38,944 nt of DNA from an uncultured Verrucomicrobiota bacterium (GTDB lineage Bacteria; Verrucomicrobiota; Verrucomicrobiia; JAWXBN01): assembly GCA_964435715.1 (NCBI GenBank), contig CAYTAI010000001.1, positions 48,556-87,499 on the forward strand, written 5' to 3'. Below, one piece after another: positions 25,834 through 34,206 of the stretch; positions within the stretch are counted from its first letter, which is position 1; each line of letters starts with the position of its first letter. Position numbers and translations under genes: made by a program. The notes under the pieces were generated by a model that saw nothing but the letters and a program-made list of their open reading frames with translations, ran no database searches and was not told the DNA's origin.

Positions 25834-26865
25834 TTAACTTTTCGCCGTCCATGCGATCAGGAGGGCGTTGATCGTGAGCAAAAGTGTCAGGCAGATGGCA
25901 AAACCGCGGTGATCAAGGCGGCTGGAGGCCTCCGGGCGGCCACGGCGTTGGAAACGGTAGGAAAAAATCGCGCAAATCGCCGCGATCAAAATGAAGACGA
26001 TGGTCACAAAATGAATTTTGTCCACCAGTGTGTGCAGCTCCCGGTGCCCGAGAAAATTCTCCACAATCCGCAGATTGATGACTGTGGCCAGGAGTGAACC
26101 CGCCAGCACACCCATTCGTCCGCTGAAAACTGTCGGTTGATCCGGCTTCATAAAAAAGGACAGCAACCCGATGCAACTGGCCGCATAGGCGCCCATCACC
26201 AGAAAGACAAAGACCATCAGCCCCTCGCGCTGGAGGGTGATCTCGGCGATGACCGAGTCGTAGTGCGCGTTTTTGTCATCATGGGCCGGGTTGCCGAAAT
26301 TTGTCGGATACCGCCTCTCGGCCTGGATCACGCGGAATCCGGTGATTTTCCAGCCACGAATGCGGATGTCGGGATTAATGGAGGAATTCTCCGTGTCCAC
26401 TTCATACGCCAAATCCCGTTTGTCATTGTGCCCTTCCTCCAGGATGATCCGAACCACATGGCGGTCGAAGGGAAATGACAGGATATTCCAGTCGTGCCGC
26501 AGAACCGCCTGAAAAAACCTTTCACTCCACAGGCGGGAGCCGTTTTTTCGTTTGCCTCCCAAAACCTCGTGTTTGACAACGCTCTTGGCATTTTCTAAGT
26601 GAAGCGTTTGCAGTGGGGCAAGCTGCCCGTTGTCATAAACCGTCCACACCCAGAAGTCGGCATTAAAACTGTCCCCCGGCAGGTTGATGTCATGCAGCGA
26701 CGAGATGTAAATGCCGATTTTGACCTGGTCGGCGGGCGGCCTTTCATCAAGCGAAGGGGTGGCATTCGCAAAATGCGGGAGCGCCATTGCAAAGAGACAG
26801 GCCGCCGTCATCCGGCCTTTTGCAATCAGACGGTGAAAACGGTGAGGATAATTTGCTCCGGACAT
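25834..26865 (-). CDS. Pentameric ligand-gated ion channel (Cys-loop superfamily) homolog
   Basis: A signal-like segment (MTAACLFAMALPHFANA; alternative start 26811). A beta-rich extracellular domain with VKIGIYISSLHDINLPGDSFNADFWVWTVY and FPFDRHVVRIILE (the FPFDxQ-type loop), then four TM helices in the M1-M2-M3...M4 arrangement. Confidence 0.6.
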   Translation of the reverse strand: MSGANYPHRFHRLIAKGRMTAACLFAMALPHFANATPSLDERPPADQVKIGIYISSLHDINLPGDSFNADFWVWTVYDNGQLAPLQTLHLENAKSVVKHEVLGGKRKNGSRLWSERFFQAVLRHDWNILSFPFDRHVVRIILEEGHNDKRDLAYEVDTENSSINPDIRIRGWKITGFRVIQAERRYPTNFGNPAHDDKNAHYDSVIAEITLQREGLMVFVFLVMGAYAASCIGLLSFFMKPDQPTVFSGRMGVLAGSLLATVINLRIVENFLGHRELHTLVDKIHFVTIVFILIAAICAIFSYRFQRRGRPEASSRLDHRGFAICLTLLLTINALLIAWTAKS

Positions 26866-27069
26866 GCGCTGAGACGATAACGGATGCCCCGCAAATTTCA
26901 ATTTTCTTCTGCGGGATTGAACCGCGAATGACGCGGGTTGGGGGAGCACACTCGGTCCCCGCGTTTTCCAGAGGACTTCCCCGCTCGAAGGAAAAGGCAC
27001 GGAGAAAAAGTGGGACGATCAGGAGATCATCCCTCCATTGGATGATTGCAGGGGCGTTGCCCGTTCCAT

Positions 27070-27101
27070 AAAAAAAGCCCGCGCAATTTGCGCGGGCTTT
27101 T
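27070..27101 (-). terminator. Rho-independent terminator (hairpin built around a GCAATTTGC copy) downstream of 27130..28020
   Basis: gcccgcgcaa-t-ttgcgcgggc is a perfect 10-bp-arm hairpin (27077..27097). It is followed on the minus strand by a 7-U tract (A-run 27070-27076), and a short T-run sits on the plus side. Confidence 0.8.
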
Positions 27102-27129
27102 GGAAGTCCTTGCAGAGACGTTTTTACTC

Positions 27130-28020
27130 TTACTTCAGCTTGCCCGTTTTGAAGGCGGTCAGGTGTTTTTTCCAGAGCGTCTCGGTTTCCTTGCGGAGGA
27201 GGCAGGCGTCTTTCCACACATCGGGGAAGGTCGTCAGGCCATAGGAACTGCAACGCGGGCCGAATTCCGGACAGACATAAAGGGTCGCCCCGGCTTTGGC
27301 GCGCGGGCCTTTGAACCATTCCGCCAGCAGATCGCCGACGAATTCCACATAGGCGGCCCCCTCAGGGCAGATTTTGCCTTTGCCATTGGTCAGGGGAACC
27401 TGGCAATGGTGCCCATTGAAAGGACGCAGGTGAAGCTGGCGCGCATTTTGCGTGAGGTCGAGGCGTTCGACGAGCAAACGGTTTTTGTAAGGGGGATAGA
27501 TGTGTTTGACCACGGCGAAGTGGGAGAAGTCGAAGCACATCTGGATTTTTTTGCCTGTTTTTTGCTGGTAGAGCCTCGCGATCTCGTAGGTTTTTTCCGG
27601 GGTTTCCGTGCAAGTGTCGCGGTGGACTTCCAGATCGATTTTGTCCGCGATGCCCAGCTTTGCGGCGTAATCCATCATTGCCAGCCAGACTTTGACCGCG
27701 TCCTTGGGCAGGGTGTCATGGTCGCACATTTGCACATTGACGCGGGAGGGGTTGCATTTTGCGGCGGCATCGAGACGGTCCTTGTAGATTTTGATGTTCG
27801 AGTCGATGTAAACCACCAGTTCCATCTTGTATTTTTTCGCGAGGGGAACAAACAATGCGGGGTCAGCCCAGACACCCATTGCGTCGAAGCCGGCTTTCTT
27901 GGCCTGTTTGAATTTTTCCTCGGGGCTCCACTCTTTTTTGGGATTTTCAATGTCAGGCTGGTGGGTGAGCGTCCACATGCCGGCAAATTGCTTCAGGGCG
28001 GGGATTTTGGGGGTTGCCAT
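27130..28020 (-). CDS. Sugar phosphate isomerase/epimerase-like (xylose isomerase-like TIM barrel) protein
   Basis: 296 aa with an alternating beta/alpha character (KKAGFDAMGVWAD, MELVVYIDS, VNVQMCDHD, IDLEVHRDT, FDFSHF), consistent with the AP endonuclease 2/xylose isomerase-like fold. The assignment is tentative. Confidence 0.45.
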   Translation of the reverse strand: MATPKIPALKQFAGMWTLTHQPDIENPKKEWSPEEKFKQAKKAGFDAMGVWADPALFVPLAKKYKMELVVYIDSNIKIYKDRLDAAAKCNPSRVNVQMCDHDTLPKDAVKVWLAMMDYAAKLGIADKIDLEVHRDTCTETPEKTYEIARLYQQKTGKKIQMCFDFSHFAVVKHIYPPYKNRLLVERLDLTQNARQLHLRPFNGHHCQVPLTNGKGKICPEGAAYVEFVGDLLAEWFKGPRAKAGATLYVCPEFGPRCSSYGLTTFPDVWKDACLLRKETETLWKKHLTAFKTGKLK

Positions 28021-28049
28021 AATTTTTCTTTCGGGGGTTGGTTGTTTGG

Positions 28050-28086
28050 AAAAAAAATCAACCCCGGCCGATTTGCTCCGGGGTTG
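28050..28086 (-). terminator. Rho-independent terminator downstream of 28096..29352
   Basis: caaccccgg/ccggggttg is a perfect 9-bp stem (28059..28086). It is followed on the minus strand by an 8-U tract (A-run 28050-28057). Confidence 0.8.
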
Positions 28087-28095
28087 AACGGGTCA

Positions 28096-29352
28096 TTATT
28101 TTTTGTGGAGAGTGCGGCCTTTGAAGGTCAGCTCGGCCACGCCTGATTTGTCGAGGTCACCGATACCGAGGGCGACCATTTTGTCAAATTGTGCTTTGGA
28201 GGCGGCGGCTAGCGGGAGGGCGAGTTTTGCCTCTTTGGCGAGAGCCAGGGCAATGCCGGAATCCTTCGCGGCGTGTTCGCCGGAGAAGAAACAGCTATGG
28301 TCACGGTTCTGCATGTCCTCGCCGTCGGTGACGAGCACCCGGGAATTTGCCCCCGTCTGGCTGAAGACCTCGCGCACCATGGTCAGGTCGAGCTTCATCG
28401 CGTCAGCCAGTCCGAGACCCTCGGCGAGTCCGGCGGTGTTGATATTCATCACCATGTTGACCAGTGCTTTGACTTTTGCGGCGTCCCCGGCCTTGCCGAC
28501 GAAACGGCAGATGATGCTCATGGCGTTGAGCAGGGGCAGCACCTGATCAAAAACCTTTTTGTCACCGCCGCACATCAGATAGAGAGTGCCATTGCGGGCT
28601 TGTGTAATGGACGAGGCCATGCAGGCTTCGAGGGTTTTGGCTCCCGCTTTGGCGGCGGCTTTCTCGACTTGCAGATGAATCGCCGGGGACAGCGTCGCGC
28701 AATTGACGAAGATGCGGCCCTTGGCGCCCTTGAGCAAATTGTCTCCGCTCTTGAGGAAAATGTCTTTCATCGCCTGGTCATTGGTCACCACAGTGACAAT
28801 GATGTCGGCGGCGGCGGTGACTTCGGAGAGTTTCTCCGGCGCGGCGCAGCCGAGTTCTTTCGCCAGAGCCTTGGCACCGGCGCGATGAACGTCGTAAACG
28901 GCGGTGACATTGAAGCCGAGGTCATGGAGACGGCGGGCCATATTCGCCCCCATGCGTCCGACACCGACGAATGCCACGCGGGCGGGCAGGAAACGTTGCT
29001 CTTCAAAATCAATCACATCGACCATGCGCGTGATGGATTTGACGCCTTTAACCGTGCCGGGATAGGCGAGCACGGCATCATTAAATGCCTTGATGTCGGC
29101 GGCCTTGGCTTTGGAGTTTTTCTTCACCCACTTTTCAATCGCGGCATCATCAGGCAGGGATTTGACGGCATTCAAGAAAGCGTTTTTATTGAGTTTCGCC
29201 GCTTTGAGGAACATCCCATCGTAACCACCGCCGAAATTTTTCTGATAATCTTTGGGGAGGTTGCCGCCGAGAAAAAGACGGGCTTTGTCGATGAAACGCG
29301 GCAAATGCAGATAGCCGCCGAGGGTTTCTTTCGGACTGCGTGGGTAACTCAT
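28096..29352 (-). CDS. Fusion: DUF5069-like N-terminal domain plus NAD(P)-dependent 3-hydroxyisobutyrate/6-phosphogluconate dehydrogenase-like oxidoreductase
   Basis: 418 aa. The N-terminus (PRSPKETLGGYLHLPRFIDKARL...LPKDYQKNFG) resembles DUF5069. From about aa 125, VAFVGVGRMGANMARRL Rossmann and HIBADH-type core. Confidence 0.7.
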   Translation of the reverse strand: MSYPRSPKETLGGYLHLPRFIDKARLFLGGNLPKDYQKNFGGGYDGMFLKAAKLNKNAFLNAVKSLPDDAAIEKWVKKNSKAKAADIKAFNDAVLAYPGTVKGVKSITRMVDVIDFEEQRFLPARVAFVGVGRMGANMARRLHDLGFNVTAVYDVHRAGAKALAKELGCAAPEKLSEVTAAADIIVTVVTNDQAMKDIFLKSGDNLLKGAKGRIFVNCATLSPAIHLQVEKAAAKAGAKTLEACMASSITQARNGTLYLMCGGDKKVFDQVLPLLNAMSIICRFVGKAGDAAKVKALVNMVMNINTAGLAEGLGLADAMKLDLTMVREVFSQTGANSRVLVTDGEDMQNRDHSCFFSGEHAAKDSGIALALAKEAKLALPLAAASKAQFDKMVALGIGDLDKSGVAELTFKGRTLHKK

Positions 29353-29401
29353 AGGGATATTTTTTACTCCTGTATTTTGTGTTTTGATTTTAAAAATGAT
29401 T

Positions 29402-30253
29402 TTATGGTCTGAAACGCGCGGCGAAAAAAGGATTATGCGCCTTCTCTTCTCCGACTGTCGTCAATGGACCATGACCGGAGCATAAAACAGTATTATCCGG
29501 CAAAGTCAAAATTTTGCGGAGGTTGTTCTCCAATGCATCCTCGAAACTCACCATGCCGCCCCCCATGCTTCCCGCAAAGATCGAGTCGCCGACAAAGGCA
29601 AATGTCCGTGCGGGGCTGAGGCCTTCGACGACATAAGTAATGCCCCCGGCGGAATGCCCCCACGTCTCAAGAGCCGTGATCCGGAACCGCGCAATTTGCC
29701 ACGAGTCCCCTTCTTTCACCGTGGCTTGAACTCCCTCGACGGGCTCACGCTCGCCGATGAATGCACGGGTGCAACCGGTTTTGTGCATGAGCCGGTCGAG
29801 CTCCAAAATGTGATCGCCGTGTGAATGGGTCAGCAGAATCGTGTGCAGCGTGAGTTTGTTTTTTTCAATCGTCTCCAGCATCGCGTCACAGTCGGTGCCT
29901 GTGTCGAATGTCACGGCCAAGCGGCTGTCCGCGTCCCAGATGAGATAGGAATTCACCACGATCCCATTTTTGTAGGGCGTCGAATATATTTCAAACCCCT
30001 GCGGAATCGGCGCTTCGCCCGGATGCCATTTGCCCAAGGCGCTGTCGACGAGCGTGTCGGCGTCCAGCCCCGCAATTTGCGCGAGCTTGCACAGGGCGGG
30101 TTCGTCGCCCGCTCGGAAATGCCCGTCTTTGAGCTTGGTCACATCGGCCCAGTTCACCCCCGCTTTTTTGGCGGCCTCCTCGTACCCGAGGCCGCATCCG
30201 CGAATGGCTTTGGAGAGGATGTCGGAGTAAAGGTCTTCAAGAGGGATCATCAT
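29402..30253 (-). CDS. MBL-fold metallo-hydrolase (glyoxalase II-like) with a small N-terminal helical domain
   Basis: I chose the ATG at 30253 (MMIPLEDLY). LLTHSHGDHI metal motif and later GHSAGG and CSGHG. Confidence 0.75.
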   Translation of the reverse strand: MMIPLEDLYSDILSKAIRGCGLGYEEAAKKAGVNWADVTKLKDGHFRAGDEPALCKLAQIAGLDADTLVDSALGKWHPGEAPIPQGFEIYSTPYKNGIVVNSYLIWDADSRLAVTFDTGTDCDAMLETIEKNKLTLHTILLTHSHGDHILELDRLMHKTGCTRAFIGEREPVEGVQATVKEGDSWQIARFRITALETWGHSAGGITYVVEGLSPARTFAFVGDSIFAGSMGGGMVSFEDALENNLRKILTLPDNTVLCSGHGPLTTVGEEKAHNPFFAARFRP

Positions 30254-30336
30254 GCGGACACTGACTAAACCTTTTTCAGCCACGAGATGCAACTTGTTTT
30301 CGCTGAGGGAAGGGGTTATAGACTTCGAACACAACG

Positions 30337-31536
30337 ATGTCTCCCTCCTCCCTGCCATACTCGATTGAGTTCATCATTCTGATCGCTGCCGTGCTATTGA
30401 TTCTCGGTATATTTGCCAATAACATTTCGGGGAAATTCGGCGTGCCCGCACTTTTGGTCTCCCTGGCCATTGGAATGGCCGCCGGTTCGGACGGTCCGGG
30501 GGGCATCTGGTTCGATGACCCGTGGGAAGCGCAATTCATCGGCACGGTCGCCCTCGCCACCATTCTCTTTTCGGGCGGACTGGAGACACGGTGGACAGAG
30601 ATCAAACCCCTGCTGTTCAAAGGAATCGCACTGTCCACTGTGGGGGTTCTCATCACCGCAATGGTCGTCGCAGCGGCGTGTTATTGGATTTTCGGCGCGG
30701 AGCTCAAGCTCGCCTTGCTCGTCGGAGCCATCGTCTCCAGCACCGACGCGGCAGCGGTTTTTTCCGTGATGAATGCCGCCAAGGTCAAGCTCAAGGGGGC
30801 ACTCAAACCCTTGCTTGAGTTTGAAAGCGGGAGCAATGATCCGATGGCGATCATGCTCGTCATCGGCGTGATCGAGTGGATCAGCAATCCCGGTGTGAGC
30901 GTGGCGGCATTTGTCCTGATTTTTTTGAAGCAACTGGGCTTGGGCCTGATCTTTGGTCTGGTGCTGGGCAAATTGCTCGTCCGGTTTCTCCACGAGATGA
31001 AATTCGACTTTTCCGCGTTGTATCCGGTACTGACGGTTGCGGCGGTCTTTTTCATCTACGGATTCACCGCGAGTCTGGGGGGGAGCGGGTTTTTGGCTGT
31101 TTATATCGTGGGGATACTGGTTGGGAATAGCCGGTTTTATATGAAAGAAGAGGTGAAATCTTTTACCGATGCGTTGTCCTGGCTGATGCAGATTTTCATG
31201 TTCCTGATTTTGGGACTCCTGGTTTATCCGTCGCAACTGGTGGATGTCATGTGGCAGGGTCTCCTGTTGGCGGTGATCCTCATTGTGGTGGCGCGCCCGC
31301 TGGCGGTTTTTGCCTCCATGCTTTTCTGCGGGACAAAGGCCAATGAAAAACTTTTCATCTCGTGGGTGGGCCTGCGCGGAGCCGTGCCGATTGTGCTGGC
31401 GACCTATCCCCTGTTGGCGGGTGTCCCCTATGCCGAGACGATTTTTAATATCGTCTTTTTCATGGTGCTCGTCTCCGTCCTCCTCCAAGGCACCACCATC
31501 CCGCTCATGGCTCGCCTCTGCAAAGTCAGCCAGTAA
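30337..31536 (+). CDS. Cation:proton antiporter, CPA1 family (NhaP2/CvrA-like K+/H+ antiporter, membrane domain only)
   Basis: 399 aa with about 11-12 TM helices. FGVPALLVSLAIGMAAGSDG, ILFSGGLET and ESGSNDPMA are typical of NhaP-type exchangers. Confidence 0.85.
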   Translation: MSPSSLPYSIEFIILIAAVLLILGIFANNISGKFGVPALLVSLAIGMAAGSDGPGGIWFDDPWEAQFIGTVALATILFSGGLETRWTEIKPLLFKGIALSTVGVLITAMVVAAACYWIFGAELKLALLVGAIVSSTDAAAVFSVMNAAKVKLKGALKPLLEFESGSNDPMAIMLVIGVIEWISNPGVSVAAFVLIFLKQLGLGLIFGLVLGKLLVRFLHEMKFDFSALYPVLTVAAVFFIYGFTASLGGSGFLAVYIVGILVGNSRFYMKEEVKSFTDALSWLMQIFMFLILGLLVYPSQLVDVMWQGLLLAVILIVVARPLAVFASMLFCGTKANEKLFISWVGLRGAVPIVLATYPLLAGVPYAETIFNIVFFMVLVSVLLQGTTIPLMARLCKVSQ

Positions 31537-31552
31537 AAATCTAATATGAGGA

Positions 31553-32379
31553 TTAGCCACAAAAAAGCACAGAAACCACATAGGGGAAGGAACCGCGCTC
31601 GCCCCGATTCATCGGGGGATAGCTATGGTTCATCCCAGTGAATGTTTCTCGCAAAGTCCGCGAAGGAACGCAAAAGGAACAGAATCAAACCTCTGTGAAT
31701 GTGGAAAATCGTCGGAATGATCGCGATGGCAATACCAGTATGCTTAGTAGGATGACAAATTAGCACAGTAGATTATTTGGAGTACTCATATGAAATTATT
31801 ATTTTTATTGATCGTGTTTAAGACTTTTATTTTGGTTTCGTATTCACAGGAAAATATTTTGAATCTTAACACGGCAAACCTGAAATTAGAAGGATTTGAC
31901 GTTTCTGCTTCTTACGATCAGTCATTTACATCAATGATTTTATCAAATGAAGAGAATCATATTGCTATCATTTTTTATCCAAGAAAATTATTTCCGAAAT
32001 CAGAATATATAACTATTGGATTTTCAACAAAAGAATATAGCGGGATGATTGAAAGAAATTCACTTTTGGAAAATGCAGTATTGGATATTCTGAATAGTAT
32101 CTACGAGAATGAATCGTCTGCTAAAGAAAAAGAATTAATAACCAAGGCTATAAAAGTCATTGAAGGCCGTCTGTATGAAGATTTCGAATCAGAATTTTGG
32201 TTGAGAGGAAGAAAGCCAATCAATAAAGAATTAAATATTCCTAGTGATATGAGACTGTAAATAAATCCTGTCTAACCCAAGGTCATATTCTCGACGGAAA
32301 TCTAGTGAATGTTTCCCGCGCAGGAACGCGAAGGGAACAGTAATAAACTTTTGTGAATCTTGAGCCTTTTTGTGGCTAA
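31553..32379. mobile_element. AT-rich 0.83-kb insertion bounded by 13-nt perfect terminal inverted repeats (TTAGCCACAAAAA), carrying one ORF and a pair of ~65-nt direct repeats
   Basis: TIRs at 31553..31565 and 32367..32379 (reverse complement). Direct repeats at 31637..31704 and 32304..32362 (about 75 % identical by eye). There is a sharp GC drop in between. No transposase is present. Confidence 0.45.
31790..32260 (+). CDS. Hypothetical secreted/exported protein (AT-rich cargo ORF)
   Basis: 156 aa. GGAG lies 7 nt upstream of the ATG. Hydrophobic N-terminal signal-like segment MKLLFLLIVFKTFILVSYSQ. Roughly 30 % GC by eye, against the mid-50s of the surroundings. No family recognised. Confidence 0.6.
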   Translation: MKLLFLLIVFKTFILVSYSQENILNLNTANLKLEGFDVSASYDQSFTSMILSNEENHIAIIFYPRKLFPKSEYITIGFSTKEYSGMIERNSLLENAVLDILNSIYENESSAKEKELITKAIKVIEGRLYEDFESEFWLRGRKPINKELNIPSDMRL

Positions 32380-32385
32380 CTCTGC

Positions 32386-32404
32386 TCATCTGCGTGAATC
32401 TGTG
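32386..32404. repeat. Third copy (19/20) of the border motif TCATCTGCGTGAATCTGTGG
   Basis: tcatctgcgtgaatctgtg was read directly. It matches 15153..15172 and the reverse complement of 12859..12878. Confidence 0.85.
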
Positions 32405-32438
32405 AAATCTGTGGATAATTCAGTGATGCTTGAAGGAG

Positions 32439-33254
32439 CTACACGATGCGGGTGGGGGCGGTGTAAATATTAAAAGTCTGTTCGCGCAGGAAGCCAATGA
32501 GGGTTTGGCCGCTGTCGTGGGCGAGGGCTACCGCGAGGCTCGACGGGCCGGAGACAGCGGCGATGACGGGGATTCCCGCCGCGAGAGCTTTTTGCACGAT
32601 CTCGAAGGAGGTTCGTCCGCTGACAAAAAGAATGTGGTCGTGGAGCGGGAGCAATTGGCGAGCGGCGGCGTAACCGATGATTTTGTCCACGGCATTGTGC
32701 CGTCCGACATCCTCGCGCAGCGCGAGCAATTTGCCCGTGAAATCAAAAAGCCCGGCGGCGTGGAGGGAGCCGGTTCGCTCGAAAACCTCCTGCGCCGCGC
32801 GCAATTTGCCCGGCAGGGAGCAGATGATCCCCCGCGCAATTTGCGCGGGGCGCGGCGGCACCGGCGGGAAGTGGGCGTGAACCCCCTCGATCGACGCCTT
32901 GCCACAAATGCCGCAGCTTGAGGAGGCGTAGAAATTCCGGCGCAATTTGTCCGGGTCGAAGTGCGTGCCGGGCGTGAGAAAAACATTCAGGATATTGCGC
33001 GTGTGCGCCGCCTCGCCCTGTTGGCAATACTCAATCTGGGCAATTTGCGCGGGTGAGGTGATCAGACCCTCGGTCAGGAGAAAGCCGGTCGCCAGCTCCC
33101 CGTCATGCCCCGGGGTGCGCATGGTCACCGCGACGCTGTGGCCTTTGACACGAATCTCCAACGGCTCCTCCACGGAGAGGATATCGCTCTCGACGGTGGC
33201 GGGAAGCTCCCCTTCGATACGAGTCTTGGAGCAATTTGCGATGCCGATGGTCAT
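32439..33254 (-). CDS. fdhD: Formate dehydrogenase accessory sulfurtransferase FdhD
   Basis: 271 aa. EEPLEIRV, MRTPGHDGELATGFLLTEG, SSCGICGK, GLHAAGLF, VGRHNAVDK and SGR.SFE are FdhD hallmarks. Confidence 0.9.
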   Translation of the reverse strand: MTIGIANCSKTRIEGELPATVESDILSVEEPLEIRVKGHSVAVTMRTPGHDGELATGFLLTEGLITSPAQIAQIEYCQQGEAAHTRNILNVFLTPGTHFDPDKLRRNFYASSSCGICGKASIEGVHAHFPPVPPRPAQIARGIICSLPGKLRAAQEVFERTGSLHAAGLFDFTGKLLALREDVGRHNAVDKIIGYAAARQLLPLHDHILFVSGRTSFEIVQKALAAGIPVIAAVSGPSSLAVALAHDSGQTLIGFLREQTFNIYTAPTRIV

Positions 33255-33312
33255 GGGACTGAATTATAAACAAGAAGTCGAAGAGATGACCACGCAGAAG
33301 TTTTTAATTGAA

Positions 33313-33420
33313 TCTGGAGGGTGGAGATCGGCATGATCCCAAACACCACCTGTCGACCCACCAAGCCCAGGCACGGTCTCGTGGGAACTCGACCCTCCAT
33401 TGGATTCCGGGCGCAGAAAA
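33313..33420. repeat. Self-complementary ~100-nt element, left copy (between fdhD and the HD-domain gene)
   Basis: It aligns with the reverse complement of 34207..34297. In the best block (33375..33420 versus 34207..34251) about 40 of 46 positions match. Internal pairing ggagggtggag / ctcgaccctcc. Confidence 0.8.
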
Positions 33421-33437
33421 AATTTTCTTAATCAGTA

Positions 33438-34124
33438 TTACAATATTCCACCGCGCAATTTGCTCCGGAAGACGAGTTCGAAGAGGTCTTTTTTTCTTTC
33501 GACAGCCGAGATCTCGGCTTCGGGATGTTGTTTGGCATCAATCAAAAGGAGGCTTTGTTTCGGTTCAAAAAGGAGGCGGACGGAACGAACGATCTGGAGG
33601 TGGGTGCGGTCGAGGGCATCGCCGAGGCGGAGGAAGGCGGCGAGGATTTCCACGGTTTTTTTGTCAGCGGGGGACAGGGGATGAAAGTGGGGATGGGCCT
33701 CGCTGGGCAAGGCTTTGCGATGGTAACGGGCGACATTGGCGATAATGGCTTTTTCGCGGGCAGAAAAAGATTTCCACGTGGTTTCGAGAATGAATTGCTG
33801 GGAGTATTTGTGGTGTTTCGACCCGTCGGGTGTGATGGCCCAGCCCGTATCGTGGAGCAGGGCAGCGGCGACAAGCCAGAGATTCTCCTCCTCCCCGTAG
33901 CCGTGCAAATGGGCGGCTTGTTTGAAAAGGGAACCGGCGAGTCGAGCAACTTGCGCGACGTGCTCCGGCTCTTCCTCAATGGTGAGCATTACGGTGAGAA
34001 CCTCGTCGAGCCGGGGGCGGTGAATATCGCTGATGTCCAACGAGGCGGAGAACTCTTCCCATCCGCGGGAGGGGGAGGATGCTTGGGGGTGTGAACCATT
34101 CATGTCTGGATTCGTATCACTCAT
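33438..34124 (-). CDS. HD domain-containing protein (Ppx/GppA C-terminal HD-like)
   Basis: 228 aa. ALLHDTGW (HD motif), helical, with ARYHRK and LRLGDALD as in the HD domains attached to exopolyphosphatase-like proteins. Confidence 0.7.
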   Translation of the reverse strand: MSDTNPDMNGSHPQASSPSRGWEEFSASLDISDIHRPRLDEVLTVMLTIEEEPEHVAQVARLAGSLFKQAAHLHGYGEEENLWLVAAALLHDTGWAITPDGSKHHKYSQQFILETTWKSFSAREKAIIANVARYHRKALPSEAHPHFHPLSPADKKTVEILAAFLRLGDALDRTHLQIVRSVRLLFEPKQSLLLIDAKQHPEAEISAVERKKDLFELVFRSKLRGGIL

Positions 34125-34206
34125 GGATGGTTTTTGTTTCCGCCCGCAAACTTTTTTTCGGGGATAGGGGGTGCTTTTAATAATTATGAATTAAAAGAGA
34201 TATATA

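Noticed and set aside
31553-32379. Island 2 as an integron gene cassette (attC-like ends)
   Set aside because: The ends (A)TTAGCC / GGCTAAC resemble but do not satisfy the GTTRRRY / RYYYAAC core consensus. No extended attC-type imperfect palindrome follows the ORF, and no intI gene or cassette array is visible in the window.
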